Source: Octopus sinensis
Lineage: Eukaryota
Direction of reading: 5' to 3'
DNA: 64,000 nt
NCBI RefSeq assembly: GCF_006345805.1
Contig: NC_043018.1
Coordinates: forward strand, 16,926,001-16,990,000
Part shown: positions 13,241 to 27,299 of the stretch, one piece after another
Layout of the letters: every line of letters begins with the position of its first letter
How positions within the stretch are numbered: position 1 is the first letter of the stretch
Notes under the pieces: generated by a model
Database searches by the model: none
What the model was told of the DNA's origin: nothing
What the model saw: only the letters and a program-made list of their open reading frames with translations
Position numbers and translations under genes: made by a program

Positions 13241-13499
13241 GCGCGAGCGTGTGTGTATATTCCTGTGTCTGCCCTTTGTTGTTGGAAGGTTTCCACACTG
13301 CTCTATCAGCCAATTGACCTTTCTCGCCTCTGGCAACGATGTTCGCTGAACCAATTTCAAATTCCCTGTCTTCCCTAAAAGCAATACTTGTGCCTTACCT
13401 CATCCTCACCCCTCTCCACGCACAGTGGAAGAAAAATATTGACCCATCAGCATTGCATCTCTGACCCTCTCTCTTCTTAAATCATTTTCTCACTCTCCA

Positions 13500-13579
<80 letters not shown>

Positions 13580-14189
13580 CATCTATCTATCTATCTCTCT
13601 ATCTATTTATCTGAATGTATCTGGTGGACGCGTCTGAAAGGATTGGAGACAAACACTTTCCTCTCTGGTCAATCTCTCATCAACTTCTTCAAGTACCACT
13701 TGAAAAGGAAAGTGAGAGTAGAGAGGCAAGTTTTGTCTAGCGAATGTTTTAAAAAAAGATGGGTGAATGTAGCAAGAATGGCACGTATGAATGACGAAGC
13801 CACCTTGAGCATAGTCCTATGAACCCAGAAATCGAAAACAGAGAGTTGCTTATTTGCAAAAAAAAAAAAAAAAGAAATATAAAATGTGACTTCATTGACC
13901 GAAGTTACCGTGGTCTTTTCCGTAGGCTTTTCTTTCCACGGGTAAACCTCACCTGTCCTCCCCTTTACACTTCATATTGACATTTCTGTGATAACGATCC
14001 CTACTGATCAATTTTTTTTCCTCTCCCCCTTTTTTTTAACCCCCCCTTTTTTGACCTCTTTCTCTCCTTTTACGATCCCTTTTGATCGAAACTCCCCCCT
14101 TCCTTTTTTTTTTTTTAACCCTTCAAAAGAAAAGCTCTACCTTGTAATTTGTTCTATCTGTGTGCAGCCGTGTGTGGCTAATAAAGAAA

Positions 14190-14545
<356 letters not shown>

Positions 14546-14580
14546 CATGCATATATATATATGTATGTCTGTGTGATAAA

Positions 14581-14850
14581 GCGTGTGGCCTTTATGGTAG
14601 AGCGTTGCACTTACAATCGCTAGATCGTGGGTTCTGTTCCCCGACCAGGGAGTGCCTTGTGTTCTTCAGGAAAGCACCTCATTTCACGTTGCTCTGCGGA
14701 TTGGAGACACGCAGAATTGTTGGTACAATCAGTAGAAATGATGTACTGTGTATTTCCCTAGTCTCTTATATTCTGAATTCAAATCCCACTTGCCTGCAGG
14801 CGCAACGAGAAACCACTCCAGTATTCACACCAAGCCGAATTTCCAGTAAC
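14581..14850 (+). mobile_element. Older tRNA-derived SINE (fourth family), diverged
   Basis: GCGTGTGGCCTTTATGGTAGAGCG A-box-like and GGTTCTGTTCCC B-box-like, then TTGTGTTCTTCAGGAAAGCAC; a related fragment lies near 47590-47700. Confidence 0.55.
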
Positions 14851-14973
14851 GACGGCAGAGGAGGGTAGCTCCCTCCCGGGTCGTATAGAGAGTGCTGGAG
14901 AAAATCCACATGAACAGGACCTACCCATTATTAAACCACCGCTTGACTGTCCCTCCCCCTCTCTCTCTCTCTA

Positions 14974-15198
14974 TACTCTTTACTCTGTACTTGTTTCAGT
15001 CATTTGACTGCGGCCATGCTGGAGCACCGCCTTTAGTCGAGCAAATCGACCCCGGGACTAATTCTTTGTAAGCCTAGTACTTATTGTATCGATCTCTTTT
15101 TGCCGAACCGCTAAGTAACGGGGACGTAAACACACCAGCATCGGTTGTCAAGCAATGCTAGGGGGACAAACACAGACACACAAACATATACACACACA

Positions 15199-15231
<33 letters not shown>

Positions 15232-15395
15232 GACAGGCTTCTTTCAGTTTCCGTCTACCAAATCCACTCACAAGTCATTGGTCAGCCCGGGGCTATAGCA
15301 GAAAACACTTGCCCAAGATGCCACGCAGTGGGACTGAACCCGGAACCATGTGGTTGGTTAGCAGGCTACTTACCACACAGCCACTCCTGCGCCTA
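14974..15395 (-). mobile_element. SINE family A
   Basis: Full-length match to the family A copies. Confidence 0.92.
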
Positions 15396-15397
15396 CG

Positions 15398-15434
<37 letters not shown>

Positions 15435-16144
15435 CAGATAGACAGACATATAGATTAAATAAATAGATAGATGGAGATATTTTATAGTTTGTTTCACTCA
15501 TTGGATTGCGGCCATACTGGGGCAAGACTTTGAAGGTCTTTTCGTCGAACGAATTGAACCCAGTAGATTTTTTCAAAAGCCTAGTGCTTATTCTATCGGT
15601 GACTTTTTGAGGAACGTCTAAGTTACGGGGAGATACACAAACACCTGTTGCCAAACAGTGGTGGTGGCAAACACATACACAATTACACACACACGCACAC
15701 ACATTAAGGTCATTAAGAATGGAATGTTCGATTTTGACCTGAAAGAATATAACATTCTCCCCATACACCTTGACACACCCTCATTCGACCTCACTCTCTC
15801 TCTTTCCCTCTTTCTCGCTCTCTTTCTCACTGACTTCTTTATTCTTTTTTCTACTCCGTTCTAATTTTTCCTACATGTAAGTATATGAGTGTGTTTTATC
15901 TGAAAATTGCCTTGATAAACTATTTGAAGTACCCACCCAACTAATGTAGCCATTTAGTATAATTTTTTCGCCTATTCTCTTTATTTTCCACTCTAGTCCT
16001 CTTTTTAAGTACTCGCTCCACTTCTTTCTGTAGCTCATTTTCGCATTCTCCCAATTTCTAGTTCCTTCGTCCTCCCCTCATCTACCTAAATATGTATTTT
16101 ATATTTTCCTTGATTAACACTGTATTATACTCCATTAGACATAT

Positions 16145-16480
16145 GTGAAACCAAGGAGGTTCCTCTCGACACCAGCAAGGATGTCACCCATGCCAAGCAT
16201 GCCCATCTATCGGATGACATCCATTCGGCTCTTCCTTCGTTGGTTTTTCTGTCAAACCTCTAAAGTGGACATCGCCCTACATCATATTCAATCAACTCCG
16301 ACACGCATCATGATTAGGATTCGATCTCAATGCGCTTCTTTCGCTACATCAACCTTCTACTCGCTTTTACCTCATATTACGCCCACATCACTGTAGGTCA
16401 TGCAACACTTCCATCTCCTAAACTTCCGCAGCCAAACGTCATCAACATCCGATCCATGCACCTTTCGTATGTACACCGAC
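16145..16480 (-). mobile_element. Possible highly degraded RTE-like LINE 3' coding remnant
   Basis: One minus frame gives RAMSTLEV*QKNQRRKSRMDVIR, loosely resembling the RTE C-terminal EV.G.R.RGRP..RWMD.I; many stops. Confidence 0.3.
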
Positions 16481-17032
16481 TACAAAAGCAAAAACCTTGA
16501 ATCCGACTTCCGATGGGACTTTGCCAGTTTTTTCTCCTCAACAACCTAACTACATTTTCACTGCACATACAAACAAACCTTACCCCTCAACACCAACAAT
16601 CCGAAAAAAAAACATCATGCATCTACAACGCACAAATACTGTTTCGCATTGTAGGTTTCAATAATATGCTTAATGAGTTCCTCAGAAAGAAAAACAAAAA
16701 ACATGTATCTCAGACTTGGCAAACAGTGAGTCTCAAAGACAAATTCTCCGCAGAGCTATAATGCTACTCATATACAGTTTGGTAGTTTAGACTACAATCA
16801 AATAAAAGCAGCAGGAAGGATTAACATAGAAACGTACTCTAACATGTATCCTTCGGGTATGCGGTCCTCTCTCTATTTGCCTGCTTCACTCTCTCTCCCT
16901 CTTCATCCCTCTCTCTCTCTCTCTTCATCCCTCTCTCCCCCCTCTCTCTCTCTTGTATAGCTACTACAGTGGGTGCTCGTGTACCACCTGGACCGATTTT
17001 CTGACTACAAACCACGAACAAAACGAATGTTC

Positions 17033-17034
<2 letters not shown>

Positions 17035-17065
<31 letters not shown>

Positions 17066-17270
17066 TGTATGTATGTATGTATGTATGTATGTATGTATGT
17101 ATGTATGTATGTATTTATGCATGCATGTATGTATGTATTTATGTATGTGTGTATGTATGTACGTATGTATGTATGTATGTGTGTATGTATGTATGTGTGT
17201 ATGTATGTATGTATGTATGTATGTATGCATGTGTGTGTGTATGTATGTGTGTGTGTGTGTGTTTACACAC
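17035..17270. repeat. (TATG)n microsatellite
   Basis: Direct reading. Confidence 0.95.
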
Positions 17271-17429
17271 ACGTACATACATATATACACACATACATCG
17301 TTGTATGTGTATACACGTATATAGTATGTCTTCTGTGTACAAACACGTACAAATCTATGTACGACAGCTGTTAAGTTTAGAGTTATAAAGTTTAGAGTTC
17401 TAGCTGTTAAGTGTAGATTATCATCGTCC

Positions 17430-17730
17430 AATCTGCTCCCAGGAGAGTAGTTTCGCCATTACTCTATTCGTTCGAGCCTGCATCATTCGTCGTCTTCCCT
17501 AGCTTCGCTATGTGATTTGGATACCAGGTAACCGGCTCCTAAAGATGGTCCTCAACTGCGCGATCGAGACTGGAAGAAGGCCTCATGGACGTCCAAAACT
17601 TAAGCAGTTTTTCCTTTATGTTCCTCTCGATCGGTTTTGAGACTCTGGCTGTTAATCGGAAGGCATGGAGGTCTGTGTGTGTTGTTGGAGTAGACCAAAC
17701 GCAGGAGTGTACAAGACGGGAAGTAGATTT
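17430..17730 (+). mobile_element. RTE/BovB-like LINE C-terminal remnant
   Basis: NRLLKMVLNCAIETGRRPHGRPKLK ... FETLAVNRKAWRSVC resembles RTE RLPK.LL.GEL..GKR..G ... WE.LA.DR..WR. Confidence 0.55.
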
Positions 17731-17879
17731 GATAGGCTGTCAAGAGCAAGCAAGCTTGCAAAAAGACACACACACACACATGTGTACGTGGAGCACAAAA
17801 TATAGATTATAAAATAAAGCAAATCATTATGTAATATCGCATACCGACACCTGTTTCAAGATAGTCTTAAGTTAGCTAG

Positions 17880-18594
17880 TCACCTTTTGCAACTCCAAAA
17901 AATATCTACTTTGAGGGAACCTGTGGAAGAGGCAGACCCAGTAGAACCTGGGACGAGGTGGTGAAGCACGACCTTCGAACTTTAGGTCTCAATGAGGAAA
18001 TGACTAGAGACCGAGACCTCTGGAAGTATGCTGTGCGTGAGAAGACCCGGCAGGACAGTGTGAGACCATAACCTGTGGCCTTCTACACGGGATGTAGCCG
18101 GTCCACTTATGCGTACCTTCCCTTCTTGGGACACAAAACTCTATTTGTGAAGACCTGTTGAGGCAAGTGAGAATCAGAATCGAAATCGATCAATGGAAAT
18201 TGCAGCTGAGATGCCAGTGCCGGTGGCACGTAAGAGAACCATCCGAACGTGGCCGTTGCCAGCGCCGCCTCGACTGGCTTCGTGCCGGTGGCACGTAAAA
18301 AGCACCGTCCGTTCGTGGCCGTTGCCAGCCTCGCCTGGCCCCCGTGCCAGGGGCACATAAAAAGCACCATCCGATCGTGGCCGTTTGCCAGACTCGTCTG
18401 GCACCTGTGCCCTGTTGGACTTGCACGTAAAAAAGACCCACTACACTCATGGAGTGGTTGGCGTTTAGGAAGGGCATCCAGCCGTAGAAACATTGCCAGA
18501 TCAACTGGGCCTGGTGCAGCTTTCTGGCTTCCCAGACACTAGTTGAACCGTCCAACATGGAAAGCGGACGCTAAACGATGATGATGATGATGAT
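17880..18594 (+). mobile_element. RTE-clade LINE 3' end: ORF C-terminus, repetitive 3' UTR, (GAT)n tail
   Basis: From 17913: EGTCGRGRPSRTWDEVVKHDLRTLGLNEEMTRDRDLWKYAVREK...*; (GAT)n tail at 18577-18594. Confidence 0.8.
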
Positions 18595-18606
18595 GTATAT
18601 ATATAT

Positions 18607-18679
<73 letters not shown>

Positions 18680-18740
18680 CACATATATACATACAAACAT
18701 TCATATATTATTAGTTAGGTAAATATATAATAAAATGTTT

Positions 18741-18840
18741 NNNNNNNNNNNNNNNNNNNNNNNNNNNNNNNNNNNNNNNNNNNNNNNNNNNNNNNNNNNN
18801 NNNNNNNNNNNNNNNNNNNNNNNNNNNNNNNNNNNNNNNN
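18741..18840. other. Assembly gap (100 N)
   Basis: Run of n. Confidence 1.
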
Positions 18841-19372
18841 CACAGCACTCACCAACTCACGCACATACACGCAGAAAGAAGGTACGCTTACATATAAAGA
18901 GAAAACACAAACGCACACATCAGTAGACACACAACGCACGCACACACACTCACCAACTCTCACACACATACACATAGAAAAGAGGTACGCTTACACATAA
19001 TCGCACAGATCAGTAGACACACAAACGCACACATACATACATGCATGCATGCAGATAAAGTCAGTGAAGCTTGCCCCGCTTTTGCATTCAGCGTATTCTG
19101 GCGGATACATACGAACATACATAACACATACCAGTATTTGCATTCATATATATCCACACAGCTATTAACAGTCAGGTTCAAACCTGTATATGTACATAAA
19201 TTGGGTAAAAAAAAAACAAAAAAAAACAATCAAGTTCGCTTGTAGACACAAAGATCCCCGAGCCAAAAATCAATCGATACCGATCGATCACCGTTTGCAA
19301 AATATATGAAGAATCGTTGGGGAACGGAGAAATTCAGGATATTCAAGCGCGAATACAACCGCAGGTATTAAT

Positions 19373-19760
19373 TACTCCTTTACTCTTTTACTTGTTTCAG
19401 TCATTTGACTGCCGCCATGCTGGAGCACCGCCTTTAGTCAAGCAAATCGAACGCAGGACTTATTCTTTTTAAGCCGACTACTTATTCTACCGGTATCTTT
19501 TACGGGGACATAAACACACCACCATCGGTTGTCATGCGATGTTGGGGGACAAACACAGACACATAAACATATACACACACATACATATATATAAATATAT
19601 ACGACGGGCTTCTTTCAGTTTCTGTCAACCAAATTCACTCACAAGGCTTTAGTCGGCCCGATGCTATAGTAGAAGACACTTGCCTAAGGTGCCACGCAGT
19701 GAGACTGAACCTTAAACCATGTGGATGGTAAGCTAGCTACATACCATGCAGCCACTCCTA
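19373..19760 (-). mobile_element. SINE family A, more diverged copy
   Basis: Colinear with family A, with many substitutions. Confidence 0.85.
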
Positions 19761-20380
19761 TTATATATATATATGGCATGGTGGTATCTTTTAAATACCT
19801 TTATTTATGATTTTAATAATAATTATTACCTAATATGGTTTTTATTCCCATACTAACCACATGATACGATCGGTATTTTAAATAACGATCTCATCCTTTT
19901 TATATAAATTGACATATATGTAAATTGATATAGATATATATAAATTACAATGTACATTCAAACACATAAGGAATCCTCTCGTGGGATTCAACACACTAGA
20001 AACAACAGCTAGGTTCTATAACCACAAAATTAGGGATAAAATCCATCCCGACAGGAATGAAATGAAAAAATAAAAACTTTACCATCAAGTTTCCTGGAGA
20101 ATACCAATTGGTAATACATTGGTTTCGATAGGTACAAATAATCATTCATACTTACATATATAAAACACGAGGCAATCAACTATGTGTTTCTTGTTTATAC
20201 ATTCTAATTTTTCAAAATCTACCGGCAATAGAAAAATGCGAACTTTTAAAATCCGAAAATGATCCAAAAACTTACAATACTTAATCATATCGAAGGGAAA
20301 TGGAAATTAATAGAAATTTTCACTTCCAGTGGCCACCGTGTAAAAATTTTGTCTATATACTATATTTATATATATATATA

Positions 20381-20767
20381 CTAGCAGTATCGCCCGGCGT
20401 TGCTCGGGTTTGTAAGGGAAATAACTATATAAGCATTTTTAGAGAGTTATAGCCAAAAAGTAGTAAAAAAATGCATAAAATGGGAAAAAAATGATGTTAA
20501 TTTTTTTATTAAATCGTTGACTCATCGTAGACATTTTTAGAGAGTTACATCCCGTATATAATAGCGAAACAATGCATTAAAATGGAAAAGAATGATGGTA
20601 ATTTTTTTTTAAATCGTAGACTCATTGTAGACGCGCGCTAATACCCAGAAGGCTCGATAAGAATCACGACTATAAGATACCCGGTTTGGTTAAACTGCAC
20701 CGCAAAATGTGGAGTGGTTAGAATCTAAATCGTAGGACAGACTCTCACACAACTTCAGTTTATATAT

Positions 20768-20771
<4 letters not shown>
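20381..20771 (-). mobile_element. Non-autonomous Helitron (copy 1, internally rearranged)
   Basis: Minus strand ends CCCGAGCAACGCCGGG hairpin ... CTAG followed by T; shares its body with 21832 and 60976. Confidence 0.75.
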
Positions 20772-20804
<33 letters not shown>

Positions 20805-21185
20805 TTAAGGAGGCATCTAATTAGCACACATTCACCTAAAAGGAAAACAATAAATGCCTTTAAATAAGACTGAGGATGTTCGAACATCTCCACTGCTAGA
20901 AAGAAGAGCCAATTGTGTCTGTTGCTGCAGTCAGCGCACAAATAATTATGCATACTTGCCGGCAGCGACCGCTGATAGCCGGAAACTGGCGACCGTGATA
21001 TATCTTTCCCGTACAGTTTCAGCTTCAGGCTGAAGAATAGCGAGAAGAGTCGGCACAGTTCGCCAGTTTACGGACGAGCATCTACGAACGAGCATCTATG
21101 TTTATTCCATAAAAATCTATGGATGACTTTAGCGAATCGTTAATGTCTATACAAATACAAATAATCAAACGAGGCAGCTATATAT

Positions 21186-21395
21186 ATTCTTTTACTCTTT
21201 TACTTGTTTCACTCATTTGACTGCGGCCATGCTGGAGCATCGCCTTTAGTCGACCAAATCGACCCCGGGACTTATTCTTTGTAAGCCCAGAACTTATTCT
21301 ATCGGTCTCTTTTGCCGAACCACTAAGTGACGGAGACGTAAACACACCAACATCGGTTGTCAAGCAATGCTAGGGGGACAAACACACAAACACAT

Positions 21396-21439
<44 letters not shown>

Positions 21440-21604
21440 GACAGGCTTCTTTCAGTTTCTCTCTACCAAATCCACTCACGAGGCATTGGTCGGCCCGAGG
21501 CTATAGCAGAAGACACTTTGCCCAAGATGCCACGCAGTGGGACTGAACCCGGAACCATGTGGTTGGTTAGCAAGCTACTTACCACACAGCCACTCCTGCG
21601 CCTA
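21186..21604 (-). mobile_element. SINE family A
   Basis: Full-length match. Confidence 0.92.
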
Positions 21605-21640
21605 TATGTATATATTTATATATGTGTGTGTGTGTGTGTA

Positions 21641-21679
<39 letters not shown>

Positions 21680-21798
21680 CTGCCTCGTTAGAAAGTTCCG
21701 AATGACCCGTCCTTGTTTTTACCTGTCCTTTTTTGTATCATCTAACTGTCGTTTTTTTTGTTGGCGCTTGTTACGTTCTTGTTCCATTTTTTGCTTTC

Positions 21799-21831
<33 letters not shown>

Positions 21832-22229
21832 CTAGCAGTATCGCCCGGCGTTGCTCGGGTTTGTAAGGGAAATAACTATATAAGCATTTTTAGAGATGTA
21901 AAGTATAATAGCCATCTCAATATGGCTAACCACAAAGGGGGGGGGGTATTACTGTAGCTTTTTTCGTTCTGAGATTTAATAATGAATTGTTAGAGAGTTA
22001 CTTCACTTATACATGCCAAAAATGCATTAAAAATGGGAAAAATTGGTGGTAATTTTTTTTGAAATCGTAGACTCATCGTAGACGCGCGCTAGTACCCAGA
22101 AGTGCTCGATATGAATCAGGACTATAAGATACTCGGTTTTGGTTAAACTGCACTGCAAAATGTGGGAGTAGTTAAGAATCTAAATCGTAGGAGACAGACA
22201 GCACACAACCTTACTTTTATATATAAAGA
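21832..22229 (-). mobile_element. Non-autonomous Helitron (copy 2)
   Basis: On the minus strand: 5' TC start, subterminal hairpin, 3' CTAG, insertion between A and T; no TSD. Confidence 0.82.
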
Positions 22230-22232
22230 TAT

Positions 22233-22282
<50 letters not shown>

Positions 22283-23063
22283 GGGGGAGAGAGAAAGAAA
22301 GAGAGAGATTATAGAGAAAGTGTGTGTGTCATGTTCGAAAGGTTGCACAGATATTTTATCTTGCGACAAAAGACCTCGCCAGAATTTTGGAATTTTTTTT
22401 TTATTTATTCATTATTCTCAGTGCTTTCGTTCGTCTTCGAACTTGTCGAATAATATTTTGAATGTGCAAACAAGTTCATTTATATAAATCAAATGTTTGT
22501 TTTTTGTGATGTTTAGAAGAGAACATGTTTTTTTTTGTTTGTTTTATGAGTGAGGTTCCAATAAAATGGAGATAGATAGATAGACAAATAGATAGACAGA
22601 TAGATAGATAGACAAATAGATAGACAGATAGATAGGTGAAGAGTGGGAGAAAGGAGGGATTTCTTTTCAACCTGGAATGTATGTACCATTTATTCATTTA
22701 TTTAATTAGTTAGTTTTTTTATTACCATTGTATACCTATTGACATCAGTTCGAAAGTGGTGACCTCTGCAAGATGTCAGTTTTAGGATGGGGAAAATAAT
22801 GAAACTCACAAAAAAAAATACAAAAAAAAAAAAAACAAAACAAAACAATGTTTTCCTCTTCTAAACAAAACAAAAGAACATTTGATTTATATAAATGAAC
22901 AATCTGTTTCAACATTCACAATATTATTTGACAAGTTCTAAACGAATGAAAGCGTTTATAATAAGGAATCAAAAAACGTTTTGCCAAAATTCTGGAGAAC
23001 TTTTTTCTCAAAACACACACATTCATAGATATGCACGCACGCCAGCACAAACACACACACACA

Positions 23064-23106
<43 letters not shown>

Positions 23107-23220
23107 TACACACACACACTAAAAGCTGATGTTTACACACAAGCAATATATATATTAACACCATTCAAAAAACGCATATATATATGCAATTATTTACGTA
23201 CTTTAATATGAGCAAAAATT

Positions 23221-23410
23221 AAGGCGGTGAGATGATAGACTCATTAGAACGCCTGATGAATGCTTAGCGGTATTTCGTCCGTGTGTAAGTACAGAGTTCA
23301 AATTTCGCTGCGTTCGACTTTGCCATTCGTCATAAAAATATGTACTCGTTAAATTGTGATATAACCGACTTCTCCCGATCTGGTTGACCTGTGGCCAACT
23401 GTGAAACTAA
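23221..23410 (+). mobile_element. Old family B-related SINE
   Basis: AAGGCGGTGAG...TTAGCGGTATTTCGTC...GAGTTCAAAT...GACTTTGCC, a diverged version of family B. Confidence 0.55.
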
Positions 23411-23687
23411 TCGATGCGAAAACACCCACACAAACACACGACTTTATTTCCAGGTATATTTTCTTCATTTTTCTCTCTACCACATACACTAACGTACATC
23501 TTATATGTATGAATACTTTATAGCTTTGAATCTATGCTCTCCTGATTAATTGAGCATTTTGGCAAACTTATATATGGTTCCTTCTCAACCATCTGGTTCC
23601 AGATTTAGTCCCACAGCGTGGCACCTTTGGCAAATCTGTGGTATTCAGCAGAATATTTGCTGTAGCCCATCTTTTATAGCAAGACAA

Positions 23688-23741
<54 letters not shown>

Positions 23742-23809
23742 GTTATTTCATATTAATTACACTGTTGGAAAAGAAAAATCCCTAACATCTGGCTACAAGT
23801 TACCTTACA

Positions 23810-24136
23810 TGTTAAGAGCCCTCCTAGCTGTATCTAATAACACTACTGAAACTGAATGTCCAACTCCCGGTAAAAAGTGGTAGGATACAGCCATTATAAA
23901 TAGACGTGTAGCCGGTCGTCGACAGAGAGGGTCGGGAGTCGAAGAGTTGTGAGTCGACAGTTCTAGTCGGTGTCATGGGTAGCTATCAGCAATAGTAAGA
24001 GAGAAGTTAGTGTATTACTATTCCGGTACAAAGAGATGCAACGGTATCCGATGACTACTAACTATCGTGACTACAAGCGTAAAAAGCAACTACAGTACAA
24101 CGCCAGTCACCAGTGGGAAAAACCTACTGTACAACA
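23810..24136 (+). mobile_element. Putative solo LTR
   Basis: TGTT...AACA termini, internal TATAAATA, flanks TTACA/ATACA (5 bp, 1 mismatch). No second copy in the window. Confidence 0.4.
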
Positions 24137-24789
24137 ATACACACACACGTGCGTGCGTATAGATATGCTATATATCACATTTTACATGCTCATAAAGACG
24201 ATTATTTGTCGTATATTTTTACTTGTTGTAGACACAGGAAGGAGAAGAAAGCTTCTTTGTTTCAGTGCTGAAAAAAAACAATTGAAATAATAAAATTTCA
24301 TTCAAATAATGTGTCATCAACCGGAAAACGGAAGGTCACATTAGTAAATGAAGTCTTAGATAGGCAATGCCCCAGGGAACAATATATCTGGTGTGGGTAA
24401 AATCCTGATGAAGATAGAAAAAATGTGTTGCTGGGGAAAACAACGGTCGCTATTCGTCGGCAACCAACAACGGTGACGGAGCAGAATATAATGCCATTTT
24501 GTAAAGTGACACTCTTCCAGAGATAACATCGTCGATTAATATTCGTTGCAGCTGTTATGGTGACTACAAAAAAGATGTATTGTTGCTTCAGTTGATATTG
24601 CAGATGATGTTACTACAACTGATGCTATCGCCGTTGATGCTGGTGTTGTTGTTGTTGCTGTTGTTCTTACAGCAAATCAATCTATTAAAAGGTGGATGGC
24701 TGCTTACTAAAATAGAAAATATCAGCAAATAGCATTTTAACGTGATTGGAAAGAGTAAGTTAAAATTTATAGTCATCTGTGTATTTGTA

Positions 24790-25058
24790 CTAGCGTGCGT
24801 GTGTATGTGTGTGTATGTGTGTGTGTGTGTGTGTGTTTGTGTGTGTGGGGGTGTTTGTGTGTGTGTGTGTGTTTGTGTGTGTTTGTGTGTGTGTGTGTGT
24901 TTGTGTGTGTGTATGTGTGTGTTTGTGCGTACGCGTGTGTGTTTGTGTGTGAGTGTGTGTGTGTGTGTGTGTGCATTTGTGTGTGTTTGTGTGTGTGTGT
25001 GTGTGTATGTGTGTGTGTGTTTGTGTGTGTGTGTATGTGTGTGTTTGTGTGTACGCGT

Positions 25059-25110
<52 letters not shown>

Positions 25111-25120
25111 TGTGTGTGTT
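24790..25120. repeat. Degenerate (TG)n microsatellite
   Basis: Direct reading. Confidence 0.95.
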
Positions 25121-26295
25121 TTAGTATTAACCTCTGAATATGTGTCTTTCTGCCAAGCAAGATTTCTGAATTTTTGTCTTTATGCAAAGAATCTATATCC
25201 GAAGGTAGTTTCTTAAAATTGTGTGGATTTTATGGATATGACGGTAGTTTATTACTTTCACATTAGCATTTATATCGTTGCCAAAGACTAGGTCTCTCGA
25301 TTTGATGTGCTGCAGCCACAATAATTTCGTCTTGTAATTTCTTTTTCTGACAAGCAGCGCAGTGTTGTAATTGCCAATGCAAATGAAATCGTTAAACTAA
25401 TTCAAGTTGAGGAAAGTGGGTGAATCTTTACTTAGCTTTGGCTCTTTTGAATGGTTTGTGTTCCAAGTATTTATGATGTGGTTGTTTTTTCTGGGTATTT
25501 ATTATTTTTTTTGAGAGAGAACAGATGCATGAACATTCCAATAGAGAACAAACCTTCTCTCTTTCAGACTGAGTAGCTTCAAACAATATAATCAATAATT
25601 GTAGGTTGACAGGATTTGCCTTAATTGTGATTCGGCTGCTATTTCAAGCTGGCGCAGAGTCCGAGTGGAGGTTATTTTGTTTCATTGATTATTCCGTTTC
25701 ATTTTGGTTAGAATAAAGAATTTGAAACTGCAGATGGCTAACTAATTAAGATGGCAGACATGAAGCAGATAATCAGGATCGGGATCGATATGTGTCAGCG
25801 GCACGCCAAACTTCATTGGCCAAGGGATTAGCTTTCAGGGATGGAGGCCACCTTAGAATCCAATTGCTATGATGTCACCTTGCTTGCTATAAGCAGCAGT
25901 TGAGCCTCTCCCTCATAGCACTCTTATGTATCTGAAATAAATATAGGAAACGGTGGGGAAGAAAATCCTGAACACATACAAAGAAGTGATGACCAAAGCT
26001 TGAACAGTTTCAACACAAGTAAACCGGTTAAGGAGAGACCAAATGAAACTGGAAATAAATATCTTCAATTAAATCTGCTTTCTTTTTGTCTACTGACGAA
26101 AGGCCGTTTGGCTTGCAGTATTCAATAACAGGTTCGATGCTTCTGGCGGCAAAAGACATCGGAAATCTCTGTAGAAGAAAATATGACCTTCATAATCTTA
26201 CCACAACAAAAAAAAAACAGAAATAAAAATCTAATCATCATGATTCTACAAACATATGTATATATATATTTATATGTGTCCCTGAGTGTTAGAGT

Positions 26296-26333
<38 letters not shown>

Positions 26334-26928
26334 AACAGTATCAATATCACATGCTTAATGTATATATGTTGTTAGACTATTATCCGCTATATTTCATCTA
26401 AAGAAGATTCCTTTAAAGCCGTATATGTTGAAAATCATAATATACTTTAAGAGTAACATCAGCAGCCATTTGCTGCGCTCTCTTTGGTTGGTGGTATCTA
26501 GGCATCCATCTTTCTATCTCCTATCTGTCAATGAATCTATTCACATAAATACATCGGCAGATTGAAGATTTAGAAACAGTTGAACATTAAAACCTTTCAC
26601 AAAAACTAAGCCTTTATCTTTATGGTTTGTCACAAATTCTATCATGCGACGTTTAAAGTCATGCAACTGCTTTCTATCCCCACGCTCCTTTAACTCAACA
26701 CACACGTACACACACACACACACACATTCTCTCCCCCTTGCTCTCTCTCTTCTTCTTCTTCTTCTTCTTCTTCTTCTTCTTCTTCTTCTTCTCTCTTCAA
26801 CTATATCACAGGTCCCTGCACTTAACATGTTTATATCTTTTTCTTCTCGTTTCTACTCCTTTCTTTAATTAATTTCACAACGTAGTGGCAATATTTTTCC
26901 TTCACTTCTCAGGGTTAACACTCACACA

Positions 26929-27011
<83 letters not shown>

Positions 27012-27299
27012 GCTCTGTCTCTCTGTCTGTCTCTCTCTCTCTCTCTTCGTTTCCCCATTGAACTAACCATCTGACAGGTTCTTAGCGTAACACCTATTAC
27101 TTTCCCCCTTCGACACGTCGTTAACACTTCTGTATCCCTCTTTTCCTCTCCCGTTTTCTCTCACTCTATTATTCTCTCTCGTTTTTTCTCTTTTCCACGT
27201 TTTCTGTCCTGTTGCCTCTCTCCCTCCTTTTCCCATGCTCTTCTCTTCTCCCTTCAGCTAACAGCGTGACAGCGTAACACATTTGACCGTAACATGTTA

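Noticed and set aside
13250-13480. Possible PLE GIY-YIG remnant (RLATMFAEP)
   Set aside because: Needs several frameshifts and has no intact GIY/YIG residues.
18841-19040. Two-copy repeat of about 100 bp right after the N gap
   Set aside because: Low-complexity CA-rich sequence at a contig edge; may be an assembly effect.
20080-20345. Mariner-like terminus CAGTGGCCACCGTGTA
   Set aside because: No matching opposite TIR found.
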